In this document: one piece after another, positions 1 to 12,379 of the stretch | Layout: each line of letters begins with the position of its first letter | Numbering within the stretch: position 1 is the first letter of the stretch | From: Felis catus | Taxonomy: Eukaryota | DNA: 64,000 nucleotides | NCBI RefSeq assembly: GCF_018350175.1 | Contig: NC_058368.1 | Span: 234,796,001-234,860,000 of the forward strand | Direction: 5' to 3' | Notes under the pieces: model-generated | Seen by the model: only the letters and a program-made list of their open reading frames with translations | What the model was told of the DNA's origin: nothing | Database searches by the model: none | Translations under genes and position numbers: made by a program

Positions 1-234
1 TCAGCTAACCAGGCTTGCAACATCCATTCTTCCCTCCTTTCTTGCTCTTCCTTGGGTTGACTTCTTTCTCCTGAAATTACTCACTGTCAGAGAGGACGTT
101 AATCCCACGCCCCTGATACTGGCTGACAAGGGGACCCTGTGTAGACCCAGACCCACTAGGAGCCACATTATAAGGCTTCCTTGTCAGAAGGGAATTCCAC
201 AGGGTCAGCTACCCACCCAGGCTTACATCTGACA

Positions 235-350
235 CACACTTGTCTTTGTATGTATGTCTGTGTGCATGCATGCATGTGCAAATGTGCTTGTATGCATGCA
301 AATGTACGTACACGTACGTATGCTTGTGTGCATGTATGCACGCGTGCATT
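235..350. repeat. Degenerate alternating purine/pyrimidine (TG/TGCA/TA) low-complexity tract
   Basis: tgtatgtatgtctgtgtgcatgcatgcatgtgca...; gives C/V/H/M-rich spurious ORFs. Confidence 0.85.
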
Positions 351-521
351 TGTCTGGCTGTCTGGTTTGCAGTCAGGCAGCTGATATGCACAGAATTAGC
401 CTCCCATTTTCACCTGATCCTCTGTTAGATGACCAGAAGGACCAGGCAAGATTAGTGTCCAGCCATGGAAGACAATGGACTGAAGAAGAGCATGAATGTT
501 CGGCACTTGCCCAGCTCATGG

Positions 522-860
522 TGCAATGGATTGACCGTGTCCCCCCTAAATTCATATGCTGACCCCCTAATCCCAATGTGATAGTAGGATTACTGTCAGG
601 AAGCAGGGCCTTTGGGGGGTGATCGGGTCATGAGGGTGGGGCCCTTACAAGTGGGACTAGTGTCCTGGTCAGGGGAGACGTGACTCTCTCTGCTGTCCCC
701 ACCACGTGAGGACAGTGAAGCCTGCAGCCAGAAGAGGGACATCACCTGACCGCAGACCGCCAGACTCCCAGCCTCTGGAACTGTGAGAAATACATGTGTG
801 TTATTCACAACCCTCCCAGCTCTGCTCCGGTGTGAAAACGGCCTGCGTGGACTGAGAAAC
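522..860 (+). mobile_element. MaLR solo LTR (MLT1A/B-like)
   Basis: tgcaatggattgaccgtgtccccc...aaattcatatgctga...ggtcatgagggtggggccct...ccagcctctggaactgtgagaaata resembles the MLT1 consensus (recall). Confidence 0.85.
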
Positions 861-1033
861 GTAGTCATGGTTTAATCGGAGGGAGCTGCTCTCCCTACAT
901 GAGAGACAAGGACCCTGGTGCAGGTGGTCTCCATAGTTTTCTCTGGTGCTTACATGATACGACTTGAAAACTGTCAAATCAGAGTTCACATGTCTGTATT
1001 TACCAACATGGCTTGTACAAATAGACCTGGATT

Positions 1034-1035
<2 letters not shown>

Positions 1036-1078
<43 letters not shown>
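1036..1078. repeat. (TATC)n tetranucleotide microsatellite in SINE tail
   Basis: About 10 tandem tatc units. Confidence 0.97.
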
Positions 1079-1146
1079 ATCTCTCTATTTATAGTTTATT
1101 TATTTATTTTGAGAGAGAGACAGAGCATGCGCACAAGTGGGGGAGG

Positions 1147-1188
<42 letters not shown>

Positions 1189-1314
1189 CCCAAGCAGGCT
1201 CTGTACTGTCCGTGCATAGCCGGACACGGGGCTCAAATCCACGAACTATGAGATCACGACCTGAACCGAAACCAAGAGTCGGATGCTCAACTGACTGAGC
1301 CACCCAGTCACCCC
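1038..1314 (-). mobile_element. Can-SINE (felid SINEC)
   Basis: Reverse tRNA-derived head, (GA)n tract, A-rich tail; TSD aatagacctggattttat (1020-1037) / aatatacttggattttat (1315-1332). Confidence 0.95.
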
Positions 1315-1489
1315 AATATACTTGGATTTTATATCAAAATTTCCTTCAGTGTCTCCAAGGAAGCTCAGAAGACAGGGAGGTGGTAGCTAAGCTGCCTGAA
1401 GGACTCCTCCCCTCTGTCCACCTGTGTCGTCGCTGGAGCAGGAGCCCAAGTCACAGCAGCCATGATGCAGGATCATGAGCTGAAAAGAG

Positions 1490-1720
1490 GGGTGTTTGTT
1501 CAACACCTGCTGCATGCTGTATGTCTCCATACAGCCTCATTTAATCATAGCCCTCCAGTTAACCAAAAACCCTCCAAGGCTGGCATGATGCAATACTCTC
1601 TGTGCAGGTGAACACAGCTACGAGAGGCCTCGTGCGGGAGAAAGTGATAGAGCGGGACTCTGAGACCTGTTCTGCCCACCTCTGAAGCCAATATCCCTTC
1701 TTCTCGAGTGTGGTCTGAGT
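1490..1720 (-). mobile_element. MIR SINE remnant
   Basis: ctcatttaatcat...tgcaggtgaacacagctacgagagg...gatagagcgggactctga resembles a degraded MIR core. Confidence 0.55.
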
Positions 1721-2904
1721 ACCAAGTCCGCATGCAGTGGGGGGGAAGGGTGCAGGGCTGTGCTCCCTGGGGATGAGGGTGATAGAATCAGGGGCCCAGC
1801 GATGACCCCAATGGAGTCTGGGTTTATGGATCCTGACGGAAGACCATGGGTGGTTGATGGTCTGGGTTTATGTCTTGAGACAGAAAGAAGCCAACGTTGG
1901 AAATTCTGTGGACTGTAGGGACCGAAGGTTCATCGCATTCAGAAGGCAGGAAATCAAGCAAAGCGTCCTCCTTCTCACCAGCCTCTGTTAGCGCCTCTCA
2001 TTTTTCCTTTGTGCAAAGATAGTGCTGTTTCATTCTTGTGGTTTAATTATTATAAATGAGCAGGTCCCAGATAGACCCTGTCATGGTCCTGCAAAGTCAG
2101 AAAAGAAGGCTTAAGTGTCTCCAAGACTTATAACGTGTAGAAAACAATGAGAGAGTGTGGCAGTCACACAAAGCCCCTGTTTTAAGGTCGCTGGTCCAGA
2201 ACGAGAAAATAATTCTGGTGTTTCTTTGAATTCATTCTTGCATAGACATTAAGGATGGCGTTATTATGAGTTCATTTATTATAAACTAGGGAGCCCAGGC
2301 GGCAGAACAGAAGTGTAAGCAAAATATGATTTGATTTACAAACATTCAGCTTAAATATGTTCAAGAAAATATCTGCTAACAGATCAGAGGTAAGGCTGCC
2401 CTAGCGAGATACCTGTGTTGGTAACATTCAGAAGCTGCACTTTTGTTTTGGAATGCTGGTATGCCCTCGCTTTTTACCAAAGAAAGGCCTTATGTAGTTG
2501 GCCTGTTTAGTCCTTATGCCCTATCGTAAGAGCATTTCACCTTCTCCTCGATTTTTAACTTAATATGTTGCGATATAATCCGATTTTTCTGGTCTTTATT
2601 TCACTGAGAACAGCTAATTGACTTTGCTAGGGTTCTATGCCCCGTGTGGCCCCCGTAGTTCTGGGGGCCAGTAGATTTCTAACTGCTATTCCTTTGTTAG
2701 GACATTTCCTCCACTCAGCCCTGCCATTGAAAATAGTCTGTGTGAGGGAGCACTGTCTACTTTTTACTTGCGATTCAAGGTTTGCTAAAGAGCCTGGTCA
2801 CCGCGAAGATGGCTTTGCTTTTCTGCTTAATAAATTGCTGTCCTACCAGCATTAGTTCTTGGATTATGATTTAATTAATGCAAGCAGTTCACATCTATGC
2901 ATTC

Positions 2905-2933
2905 TTTTTTCTTTTCAAGTGTTTATTTATTTT

Positions 2934-2968
<35 letters not shown>

Positions 2969-3129
2969 GGGCAGAGCGAGAGAGAGAGAGAGAAGGAGAG
3001 AGGGAATCCCAAGCAGGTTCCGTGCTGTCAGCGCAGAGCCCATTGAGGGGATTGATCTCATGAACCCCGAGATCATGACCTGAACCAAAATCAAGAGTCG
3101 GATGCTTAACCGAGCCACCTGGGCGCCCC
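2905..3129 (-). mobile_element. Can-SINE
   Basis: tttatttattttgagagagag...gagatcatgacctgaaccaaaatcaagagtcggatgcttaacc...gggcgcccc. Confidence 0.95.
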
Positions 3130-3853
3130 TCATTTACCCATTCTTAAATATCTGTCTTGAGGGGAAGCAAATCAAATGGCCAAGATCTGAGTTTAGAGTG
3201 CTGAGATTTTCTCGCCGCATGCTGAGATTTTCAGAATCTCAGTGGGTTGGTGATCGAGCTGCTGTCTCACCCTCTGGACTTGGCAGGCTGGGGCTCTGTG
3301 AACTGCACCCTTGCTCTGCCAGTGCTCCTTGTGAAGCTCAGCCAAACAGGATGCTGGGGGGAGACCTCAAGGCCGCAGGACAAAGGGGCTCAGCCCTCTT
3401 GGTTTGTCCATTCTGGCGAAAGACCTGCACCATGGCTGTGCCTGTTGGTTCCAGTTTCTGGTTTCTACCCACATTCTCCAAACCAGACCCAGTGCACCCG
3501 TCAGAGGTAGAAACACCCCACTTCTAAAGTTTAAGTGTCAGTGTCACAAGGCCCCACCTTCAAAGCTCCAGAGCTCTGCACACCCCTGGGCCCAAGTTCT
3601 CTATGCCCTCATCTGAGTCTCTAGATTCTAACAGTCCTCGGTTCCCCCATCTTGAGGGAAGTAGCTTCAGGATTCCTTGTCCGTAATAGGGTCTTCTCAT
3701 ACCTTCTCAGTGACGAACACCCTGCCAGCTCATTCTTATATGAAATTGTCTCTGTTGAAGTAACTGATGCGGTTTCTGGATTCCTGAATGAACCGTGGCT
3801 ATTCACGCCAAGTTCTTTATGTAAAATGGCAATAAAAATGGACACTTATTCAA

Positions 3854-4305
3854 CTATGGGTTGAGTTGTGTCACCTCCAAATCCACATGTAGAAGTCCTA
3901 ACCCCCTCAGAATGTGGACTTCCTTGGAAATAGGGTCATGGCAGATGTAATCGGCTAAGCTAAGCTGAGGTCGGGCTGGAGTACAGTGGGCCCTAATCCT
4001 CTAGGACTGGTGTCCTCATATGAAGAGGAGGTTAGGACACAGACACGAGTGGAGAACACCGTCTGATGACAGAGCAGAGACCGGAGTGATGTGTCTATGA
4101 GGCAAGAACCACCAAGGATTGGCAGATGTCATCAGAAGCAGGAGAGAGGCACGGAAGGACTCCGTCTGAGTCCTCAGAAGGAGCCAGTCCTGCCGACACT
4201 TTGATTTTGGATTTCTGGACCCCAGAACTGTGAGATGATAAATTTCTGTTGTGGTCAGCCCCTCACTCGTGGTCCTTTGTTACAGCAGCCATGGGAGGAT
4301 GCCTA
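3854..4305 (+). mobile_element. MaLR solo LTR (MLT1B/C-like)
   Basis: tatgggttgagttgtgtc...gaagtcctaacccc...ggaaatagggtc...gacactttgattttggatttctggaccccagaactgtgag...tttgttacagcagcc. Confidence 0.9.
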
Positions 4306-5762
4306 CCTTCCAGAACTCTTGTGGGGGTAACAACTGTGGAGCGCCAGGCTCGGTGCCGCACATGTGCCCATTCTCACTAAAACAGAGCTTTTCTCATCAC
4401 CAGTAATATCAATTATAGCTCGTTCTCACAGGCTGTGCTTGGCTTGCTGTTGGTGATGAGCCCCACGGCAGGAGCAGGCTTTGGGGGTTATCCTGGGTGG
4501 CTCCTTAGTGATCGCCAAGCAGAGGGACCTCTCCCAGGGACCATCCCCGCTCCCACGCTTCCAGAGGAACAGTTGAGGCCAGTGTGACAGTGACACGCAC
4601 AGTGCACCTGCTCCCTCTGCACGGTCCCACATCCCTCACCCTCCCAGACCTGGGCTCCGAAACCACTGCACACATTCCCTGTCTCAAATTCTGGTTCCCC
4701 GGCGAATCTGACACTTTAAAATACATACAAAGCCTGCATTTAGGTTTCACAGAGTGAGATTTGCACAAGTATGGGGTCCATGGGTGGGGGAGGAGAACGG
4801 ATTCTACAGAAATTCTTGTGATTTTATGTAATGGTTAGTTCACATAATGGCTCCACACTGTCTCTTCAGCAATATGAACAAATTGCTACCTCTGTTGTCC
4901 GCGTGGCCCCGAGTTTGGAAGTATTATGAATTCTATTTAAGAAGATTCTCAGGCTGTGGTTCTTGGCTGATTTAAAGGTTATGTTCCCAGTTGTAAACTT
5001 GTCTGGAGATGGTCCCAGCTAGAATACATACCCCCCCGATCTAAGACTGCACAATCCAAGGATGTTCTGTCATTCAAAAGGGCTCAATGTTGTTTGTGAA
5101 AAATACAGATGACATTCTCTCTGGACAAAGGTAGTCCTTCTGGTTGTAGTAGGAGACAATCGAGTCTAAATGGCAAATGCTTAAAACACTCATGATTTTG
5201 TTCTTTTATTTGGTCTATTTTAAAGATGCATTTAAAGTAATTTGTGAATTGAAAAAGCATTTGAATAGTTTGGAGCTCCAGACTTCCTTCCTAATAGAAT
5301 GCTTTCTCCTGCATAGCTTTGTGCTCACACTAATCCACAGGTACAATACTAGTGGTTATAAGTCAATGTAGCAATCGCTACCTTCCAGGAAGAAGTGTCG
5401 GGCATTCGCTGTTTACCATGCAGACGGGCTAATGAACAAAATCCGCAGACACTCATATCGTCCAAGACTGAGAAGACGAAGGGATTCTCAAATACTCTTG
5501 CTTCTCACCCAACTTTGTCTCATTTCTCTCAGAACGGGATGCTAGAAATGCGTAAGAGTTTGAAGCACCGCGCAGGGCAGCGGCTTCTGAACCTTTCCAG
5601 TAGAACCTTTTCATTCTATCACCAATTTGGGGGGGATTCGTGGGATGGTTGTACTTTTAATAAACACTAATGGAGGGAATACATTATGATAAAAGATTTT
5701 CAGTAACACCTTGAAAGAGTTTGTATTTTATTAATCACAGTAGCATCTGTATAGTTGAAAAA

Positions 5763-5764
<2 letters not shown>

Positions 5765-5807
<43 letters not shown>

Positions 5808-5810
5808 TGT
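5765..5810. repeat. (TG)n microsatellite
   Basis: About 19 perfect TG units. Confidence 0.98.
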
Positions 5811-7219
5811 GTTTATTGGGTTCACTGAAAGTGCATAGTTGATGTGGGACTCTCGCCCTTGGAATCCCAGGATTCTGAGGCTTCAGGATGAACAGGGAGG
5901 AGGGACTCTGGCTGTGCCATGTCCCAGCTCCCACTCACTGGTGAGGCAGGTGACTCGGACAATTCCACCTTTAAGGTTTTGCTCCTACCTCCCCTGCAAA
6001 ACAGAGAGCTGGCTTGATAAGATCTGTTCTTTCCAGTGTGACCTCCTATGGTCTCTAAGTTTTAGGTGCACGGTCATTTGCATGCAGTGATTTTCCAATG
6101 CCGAGGCACTGTTCCCACCTGCTGGGTGAATAGACTGCTGACCGCCCTCCTCTCCACCCCAGTATAACTAATGAACACACCAGCAGGGATCAGGAACTCC
6201 TGTGAACATTCAATTAACCAAGGAAGCTTCTGTCCACGTGGCAGTAATGGGCACTGCCTGGTCCCCGGGAGGGTCCTCGGCCCACAATACCTTGGCTTGG
6301 TTGGTGGTCATTGATGAGGCCATTAATCATCCATCTGTGCCGGCTCATTTTAGAACTCCTCTGGGAACCCATGGTCTTGCATTCTATTTCTCTGATTTCC
6401 TCCCTGCTCCGTGTATGCATTTGACCATCAAAGCTGCACCTCATTTGAGTCCAAGCTGTGATGTGATTTCCCTATTGTAGAGTAAGTTCAACGTCTCTGC
6501 TTCTTTTGGTTGTTGGCTTGTGGCTGTGGATCCTTTATGCAATCAGCGATGGCTGCAGTACAAGGAGGATTATAGGCACTTGCAACCCAAGGTTTTTGTC
6601 TTAGGATATCTGGACATCATGGTCAGGGCAAAATATTCTTACCAGGTTCAGGCCAACACTGAAGAAATCTTATTGGTGGAAGTATTCCGTAGAGCTCACT
6701 TCCTCAACCTTGACCAAATTTGCATGTAGTGCACTTTATGAGTTTTTCCAATGTTGTCTTTTTATTAACCTACACAATTTGTTTTTAGTAAAATTATTTA
6801 TGCTGGGATAAATTTTATTCTGTGAAAATTTTATGTTGGAGGTTTGGTCCATCAGTAATTTATTGTATATATGAAACTTACCCAATCAGATTTCTGTCTT
6901 TGAGAGTTACTGTTTGTGGCCATTATTTCTGCCAAGTTCAATTTTACAGATCTAAGTTTTATAAATAGTAATAATAATAGAAATAGTGATAACAACAATA
7001 ATTATAAATTGATTGAAATAAATTTTGTGCAATTTTTTTGCCAACATAAAAGAAAATCTTTAGCAATCTTTTCAGATGTTAAAGACTTTCTTCCTTGACC
7101 AGGTGTAGGTAATTTTGTTACCAATTCAACTTTTCATATTTTTCTAGGCACATCTAGAATTTAAATGTATATTTAATGTATATTCAAGAAAATGCACAGT
7201 CGCATTTAAAATAGGGTGG

Positions 7220-7675
7220 AAAGACATGAAAACATCTAGAGACCAGTTTCACAAATATATGGAGGAACTGTATTCTAAAAGCTCCAAAAAACATTTGCTG
7301 AAAGAAATTACAGGGGCACCTGGGTGGCGCAGTCGGTTAAGCGTCCGACTTCAGCCAGGTCACGATCTCACGGTCCGTGAGTTCGAGCCCCACGTCAGGC
7401 TCTGGGCTGATGGCTCGGAGCCTGGAGCCTGTTTCCGATTCTGCGTCTCCCTCTCTCTCTGCCCCTCCCCCGTTCATGCTCTGTCTCTCTCTGTCCCAAA
7501 AATAAATTAAAAAAAAACGTTGAAAAAAAAAAAAAGAAAAGAAAGAAATTACAGATAACTGTATAAGGATATGAATATATTCGTGGGGCAGGAAATTAAA
7601 TATTGCCAGCATGTTAGTTCTCTCCGAACTGATTTAAAAGTTTGTAGAATCCTCATCAAAATTTCAGCAGGATAA
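7220..7675 (+). mobile_element. Ancient L1 (L1M) ORF2 remnant, split by a SINE
   Basis: aaatattgccagcatgttagttctctccgaactgatttaaaagtttgtagaatcctcatcaaaatttcagcagg resembles L1 ORF2 3' half. Confidence 0.65.
7313..7540 (+). mobile_element. Young Felis-type Can-SINE (SINEC_Fc-like)
   Basis: ggggcacctgggtggcgcagtcggttaagcgtccgacttcagccaggtcacgatctc...; perfect TSD gaaagaaattacag (7300-7313 / 7541-7554). Confidence 0.97.
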
Positions 7676-8300
7676 ATGAATAATAAAATACATATTTATT
7701 TAATTTTAATCGTAATTACATCAAGTTCTTAGATTTTTGAGAGGAGAGCTGACAGCATACTATATTAAATCTTTTAATGCAAAAAAAGATGTAGCCTTCT
7801 ATTTATGTAAATATTCTTTCTTTTGGTTTTTGTTTTGTTTTGTCTCGTTTTGTTTTTCCACTGGCAGTTTTGTGGTTTTCTGCCTTGAGGTCTTATGTTC
7901 TGGAGACTATTGTAAATAATATCTTAAAAATTTTTTTTATTTTCTATTCATCTGCTGCTGGTTTAGTATCCAGCAAATTTACTGAGTTTGTTTACTAATT
8001 TTAACACTGTTTTTCTATAGATCCTTTTCTATTTTCTGTTTACAAAAGCACATCAACTCTGAATAATTGAAATGACAGCCTATTTCTTCTTCCTCAAACC
8101 TTATATTTATTTCCTTGTTTTTTTATTTAACTTTGTTAGAATTATAATAAAATATTTCATAGACATGGTGCAGTGAACATGATTGTTCTGTTTCTTATTG
8201 AAAGGATACATCTTTCAGTATTTTAGCACAAAGAACGGGTGTTGCTGGAGGCTTGTTGTAGATAATTTTTATCAAGTTAAGGAAAGGTTCTTCTATTTTT

Positions 8301-8389
8301 GTTTTTTCATGTTTTTTTCACATTTTTATTTAAATTCTAGTTAGTTAACATATAGTGTAATATTGTTTTCAGGAGTAGAATTTAGTGTC
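8301..8389 (-). mobile_element. Very short 5'-truncated carnivore L1 3' end
   Basis: ttttatttaaattctagttagttaacatatagtgtaatattgttttcaggagtagaatttagtg; TSD ttcttctattttt (8288-8300 / 8390-8402). Confidence 0.8.
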
Positions 8390-9075
8390 TTCTTCTATTT
8401 TTAGGATGCTAATAGTTTTATCATAAACATATATTGAGTTTTACCAAGTGTTTTTTCTGCAACTACAGAGGTGATCATTCTTTTTTTTTTTTTTTTTGCT
8501 GTATTCTGTTCATTTTGTGAAATCCATCAAAAACCTTTTCTTAGGCTAAATTAACCTAGCATTCTTGGATTAAACCAAACTTCGTTGTGAGCTTTGAATA
8601 CATCACTACATTTATTTGTTGAGATTTTATTTAGGATTTTCACATTTATGTTCAAGAAGAATTGTTCTTTAATTTTACTTTCTGCCCTGTTCTGGTCAGA
8701 GATTGATATCAAAGTATGTGGGTTTCCTAAAGCAAACAGGTTTGCTCTCATGTATTTGTTCTTTTTCTTAGTATTATTGCCAGAAATTCATTTTTATTAT
8801 TAGAAAATCAATCTTTTGCTCTTGTGATTCTATTATGTTGATTTATGCTCGTATATTATCTTACCTTATCTAAATAATAATTTGCCTCTATATTTGGGCA
8901 TTTAATTTGTTCATTTTTTAACATCTTGAAACAGATAATTACATTACTGATCTTCATCTGATTTTATTTTCCAAACCATGCATTTAAGCCCATAGATTTC
9001 CCTCTACATATAGCTTTTTATACATTTCTCAAGTCTTTGATGTGTTATGTATTTAATATCATTTTATAAAAAATA

Positions 9076-9470
9076 GGGTGCCTGGGTGGCTCAGTCGGTT
9101 GAATGTCAACTTTTCCCTTTTAATGTTTATTTATTTAAAAGAGAGAGAGAGGAACAGAGAGGAAAAGAGAGAGTACCAGCAGGCTCTGAGCTATCAGAGC
9201 AGAGCCCAGTGTGGGGCTCTGTCTCACAAACCGTGAGATCATGACCTGAGCTGAAATCAAGAGTCATCTAACCTACTAAGCCACCAAGGTGCCCCAGAAT
9301 GTTCGACTCTTGATTTCGGCTCAGGTCATGATCCCAGGGTTGTGGGATAAGCCCTGCCATCAGACTCTGTTCTGAGTGTGGAGCCTGCTTAGGATTCTCT
9401 CTCTGCCCCTCCTCGGCTTGTGCTCTCTCTTTCTCTTTCTCTAAAAATTAAACAATTTTTTTTTTAAAAA
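9076..9470 (+). mobile_element. Older Can-SINE interrupted by an inverted SINE
   Basis: Head gggtgcctgggtggctcagtcggttgaatgtc at 9076; body resumes at 9297 (gaatgttcgactcttgatttcggctcaggtcatg). Confidence 0.9.
9111..9295 (-). mobile_element. Can-SINE nested in another SINE
   Basis: taatgtttatttattt...gagatcatgacctgagctgaaatcaagag...ccaccaaggtgcccc. Confidence 0.92.
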
Positions 9471-9730
9471 GGGAAAGATTATTTCCAATTTCCACTTTGA
9501 TTGCTTCTTTGATTTGTGGATTATGTCATGGAGCACTGCTCAAATTACAGACACGAGGAAATTTCTAGTTATATTTTTGTTGTTATATTCCAGTTTTATT
9601 CCAAAGTCATCAGCAAACATGTCTTGGATTCCTCCTTGGAAATTTATTGAAACTTGCCTTCTGATTCAATATATGGTCAACTCCCATAAATGTTCTGGGT
9701 TTGCTTGAAAGCTAATGTGTGTATTTTATT

Positions 9731-9732
<2 letters not shown>

Positions 9733-9768
<36 letters not shown>
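9733..9768. repeat. (TG)n microsatellite
   Basis: About 18 TG units. Confidence 0.98.
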
Positions 9769-9773
<5 letters not shown>

Positions 9774-9789
9774 GTTGGTTGTACTTGAG

Positions 9790-11140
9790 AAACAAATACA
9801 AAGGGCTGACCCCAGTCAAAGCCATATTCAGGAAGAGCAAACCATCATGTATGACATGGTGAGAACTATTTCAAAGCTGGAGTAATGCAGATAATGTGGC
9901 ACAATGGACCAGAATGGAGAGAGCAGAGACAGACCCACATGCTTTATGACAAAGGTGACCATGAAATATGGTGGGAGAAAGAATAGTCTCTTCAATAAGT
10001 GGTGTAGAGCAACTGAATATCCGTATGGAAGGAAATGAAACCTGACTTCCAAATCAAACCTTATAGAAAAAAAATTACATGTGGTTCAAAGACCTAAAAG
10101 TGGAAGGTAAAATGATAAACCATGAGAAATAATACAGGGAAATACCTGTCCTTAGGGCAGGCAAAAGACACCAAAAGACACCAAAAGACACCAGTGAGAG
10201 AGTAGTAAAGAAAGACACAGGGGGAAGATATTTGAAAGACTTGGATCCAGAATATATAAAGAAATCTTACAAAGTAATAGGCCAAAGACAAATAACTCAA
10301 GTTATTGCGCACAAGTCTTGCACAGCCATTTATAAAGGGGTGACGGATATCTAAATGACTCTTGAGCTGCTAAGAAATTCATTTGGGAAAATGGACTGTA
10401 GACTCACAATTCGTATGCCACACTCCCCTGAAATGACTAAAATTAAAAATAAATCAATGAGACAATACTAAGTGTTGGCAAGGATGTAGGAAACGACACC
10501 ATTCCTCGGATACCGGTGGTGGGAGTGGAAACTGTCACAAGAATTTGAACACTGGCTCCTTGAGAACATCTTTCAAAAGTAGGTAGGACATCTACCTGCA
10601 CATGCCCCGTGACCCAGAGACATCTGAACCGCAGGGAAATCAACACAGCAGAAATGAGGATCTGTATGCACAGAAGACGTATCAAGGAATGTTCACAGCA
10701 GCCTTATAAATACCAGCTACAAACTGGAGACAGAGTCCACCAGCAGCAGATTGGATAATTCGTGCAGTATAATCCGAAACAGCAAAGCAGAGGAGGAAAG
10801 CACTGCTCCAGTCTCACCCAGAACACTGGATGACAAAATCAGACACAAAAGTCCACAAGGTGCGTGAACCAATTTGTACTAATAAAAAAAAAAAAAAGCA
10901 AAACAAGCAAAAAAAAAACCCAAAAGGATGGGCTGGGAGGCAGCAAATGGTGATCTTTAGGGAGAGTAAGTCATGGCAGGGACACCTGGGCGGCTTTTTG
11001 GGGTGCTGGCCATGTTGAGTATCTTGACTGGGGGTGGCAGTCACCTGGGGAAGGACGCCGTCTAAAGGCTTGTGCAGCATCTACCTACAATCTGCTCACT
11101 TTTCGGCGGGTACTTTGTCCTTGAGTAAAAGTTTTATAGA
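9790..11140 (+). mobile_element. Ancient L1 (L1MC/ME-like) ORF2 3' end and 3' UTR
   Basis: aagaatagtctcttcaataagtggtg, gacaatactaagtgttggcaaggatgtagg, aggaatgttcacagcagcctta, gtatcttgactggggg motifs. Confidence 0.8.
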
Positions 11141-11471
11141 GAAGCAAAAAGAAATGACATAAAAATATGAGCGGATAAAACGCGTAACGAGCTGTCACTT
11201 GCTGGAAGTCTCCCAGGAGTCACCAGCCCGTGGCCCCTCCACAAAACCTCTGTGCCCACTGCAGTTTACTCCAGAAATCCGATAAGCTGTTCCCTAAATC
11301 TAGAATTCTCTTCCTCCCACTGTTTGCCTGTGAGGCCGACTCAGTGTTTGAGCCTCAGCTTAATATCAAATCCTACCGGAAAAATTCCATAACGTCTTCC
11401 TGCGGGTTCCTCTTGTAGCTTCCCACAGGTTCATATCTTAGCTGTGCTACTGTTTTTATTTTATTTTATGA

Positions 11472-11712
11472 TGCAAGGGGGGCCTTACCAGGGAGAGACC
11501 GCCCCTCCCAAGGCTGGCTAATTCTTAGAAATAGCAAATAACTCCCCTGTGAGCGTGCTTTTCATATGCAAACTACACCATCCAGAGCCCACAGTCCTAA
11601 TTATCTTCTGTCTCTGAGGTTTATACTCAGGAGGCAATATTCCTCTGCTTAATCACCCCAGGGCCAGGTAGCCCACAACCGGGGACAGGCCGTAGACCCT
11701 GGAGCCCAGAGT
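11472..11712 (+). mobile_element. ERV1-type LTR fragment (MER39/MER34-like)
   Basis: gagaccgcccctcccaaggctggctaattcttagaaatagcaaataactc...tcatatgcaaact...atccagagccc...taatcaccccagggccaggta matches a recalled consensus. Confidence 0.7.
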
Positions 11713-12379
11713 GACTCAGGGCAGACAGGATAGTAATTTGCCCCCAGAAACAATGTCTTCACAAGCAACACAGAGCAGAGGAGTAATGATGATGACCGCC
11801 AAAGCCGAAAGTTTTGGAAAAAAATAAGACCGACAGCATTATCCTATCGAATCTTGAATTAAAAGCTATTACAAGAGCGTCTGATTTTTTCCTCTTAAAC
11901 TTCACATCAAAATGGCCTCTGATTTGTCAAGAATCAAATTCAGGAAATTCTAGATATCAGAGCTTTTTTCAGTTTGCAGGCTTTGGACCCTCTGAGAACA
12001 AAGGTTCAGTTTCCTTTCCGTTGTGTCTCCAGAACCCAGCTTGATGCCTGCCGTGCTGTGGGTGCTGAGTGAGCTTGGACACAGAGGGTGCGGAGTAGGG
12101 TCCCGGGGAAAGTGTTCAGGAGCATCTGTCCAAGAAAATAAGTGATTGAGTCTAATGGAAGGTGGAGGAGTCAACAGGCAACTCTCCCCACCCCGACCTG
12201 TCTCTGTCTCCCTGTCCCTCTGTCTCTCTGTCCCTCTGTCTCTCTCACACACACACCTGTTTGGGATCCAACTTCCAAGTCTCTCAACCGTGAGCAGTGA
12301 GCGGACCATCATGGCGGGGAGACCACCCAGAGCCTGGCCGTGCTGGCTGGGACCCTCGGGTTCGCTTCTTCATTCCAGA

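Larger units (their letters stand above)
7900..9720 (-). mobile_element. Ancient L1 (L1M) ORF2 remnant, antisense, with later insertions
   Basis: T-rich; ttaacctagcattcttggattaaacc, tttgttgagattttatttaggattttcacatttatgttca, ccttggaaatttattgaaacttgcc are typical antisense L1 ORF2 relics. Confidence 0.7.

Noticed and set aside
7313..7400. tRNA-like A/B-box sequences (here and in all SINE heads)
   Set aside because: tRNA-derived SINE heads followed by a CT tract and A tail; not tRNA genes
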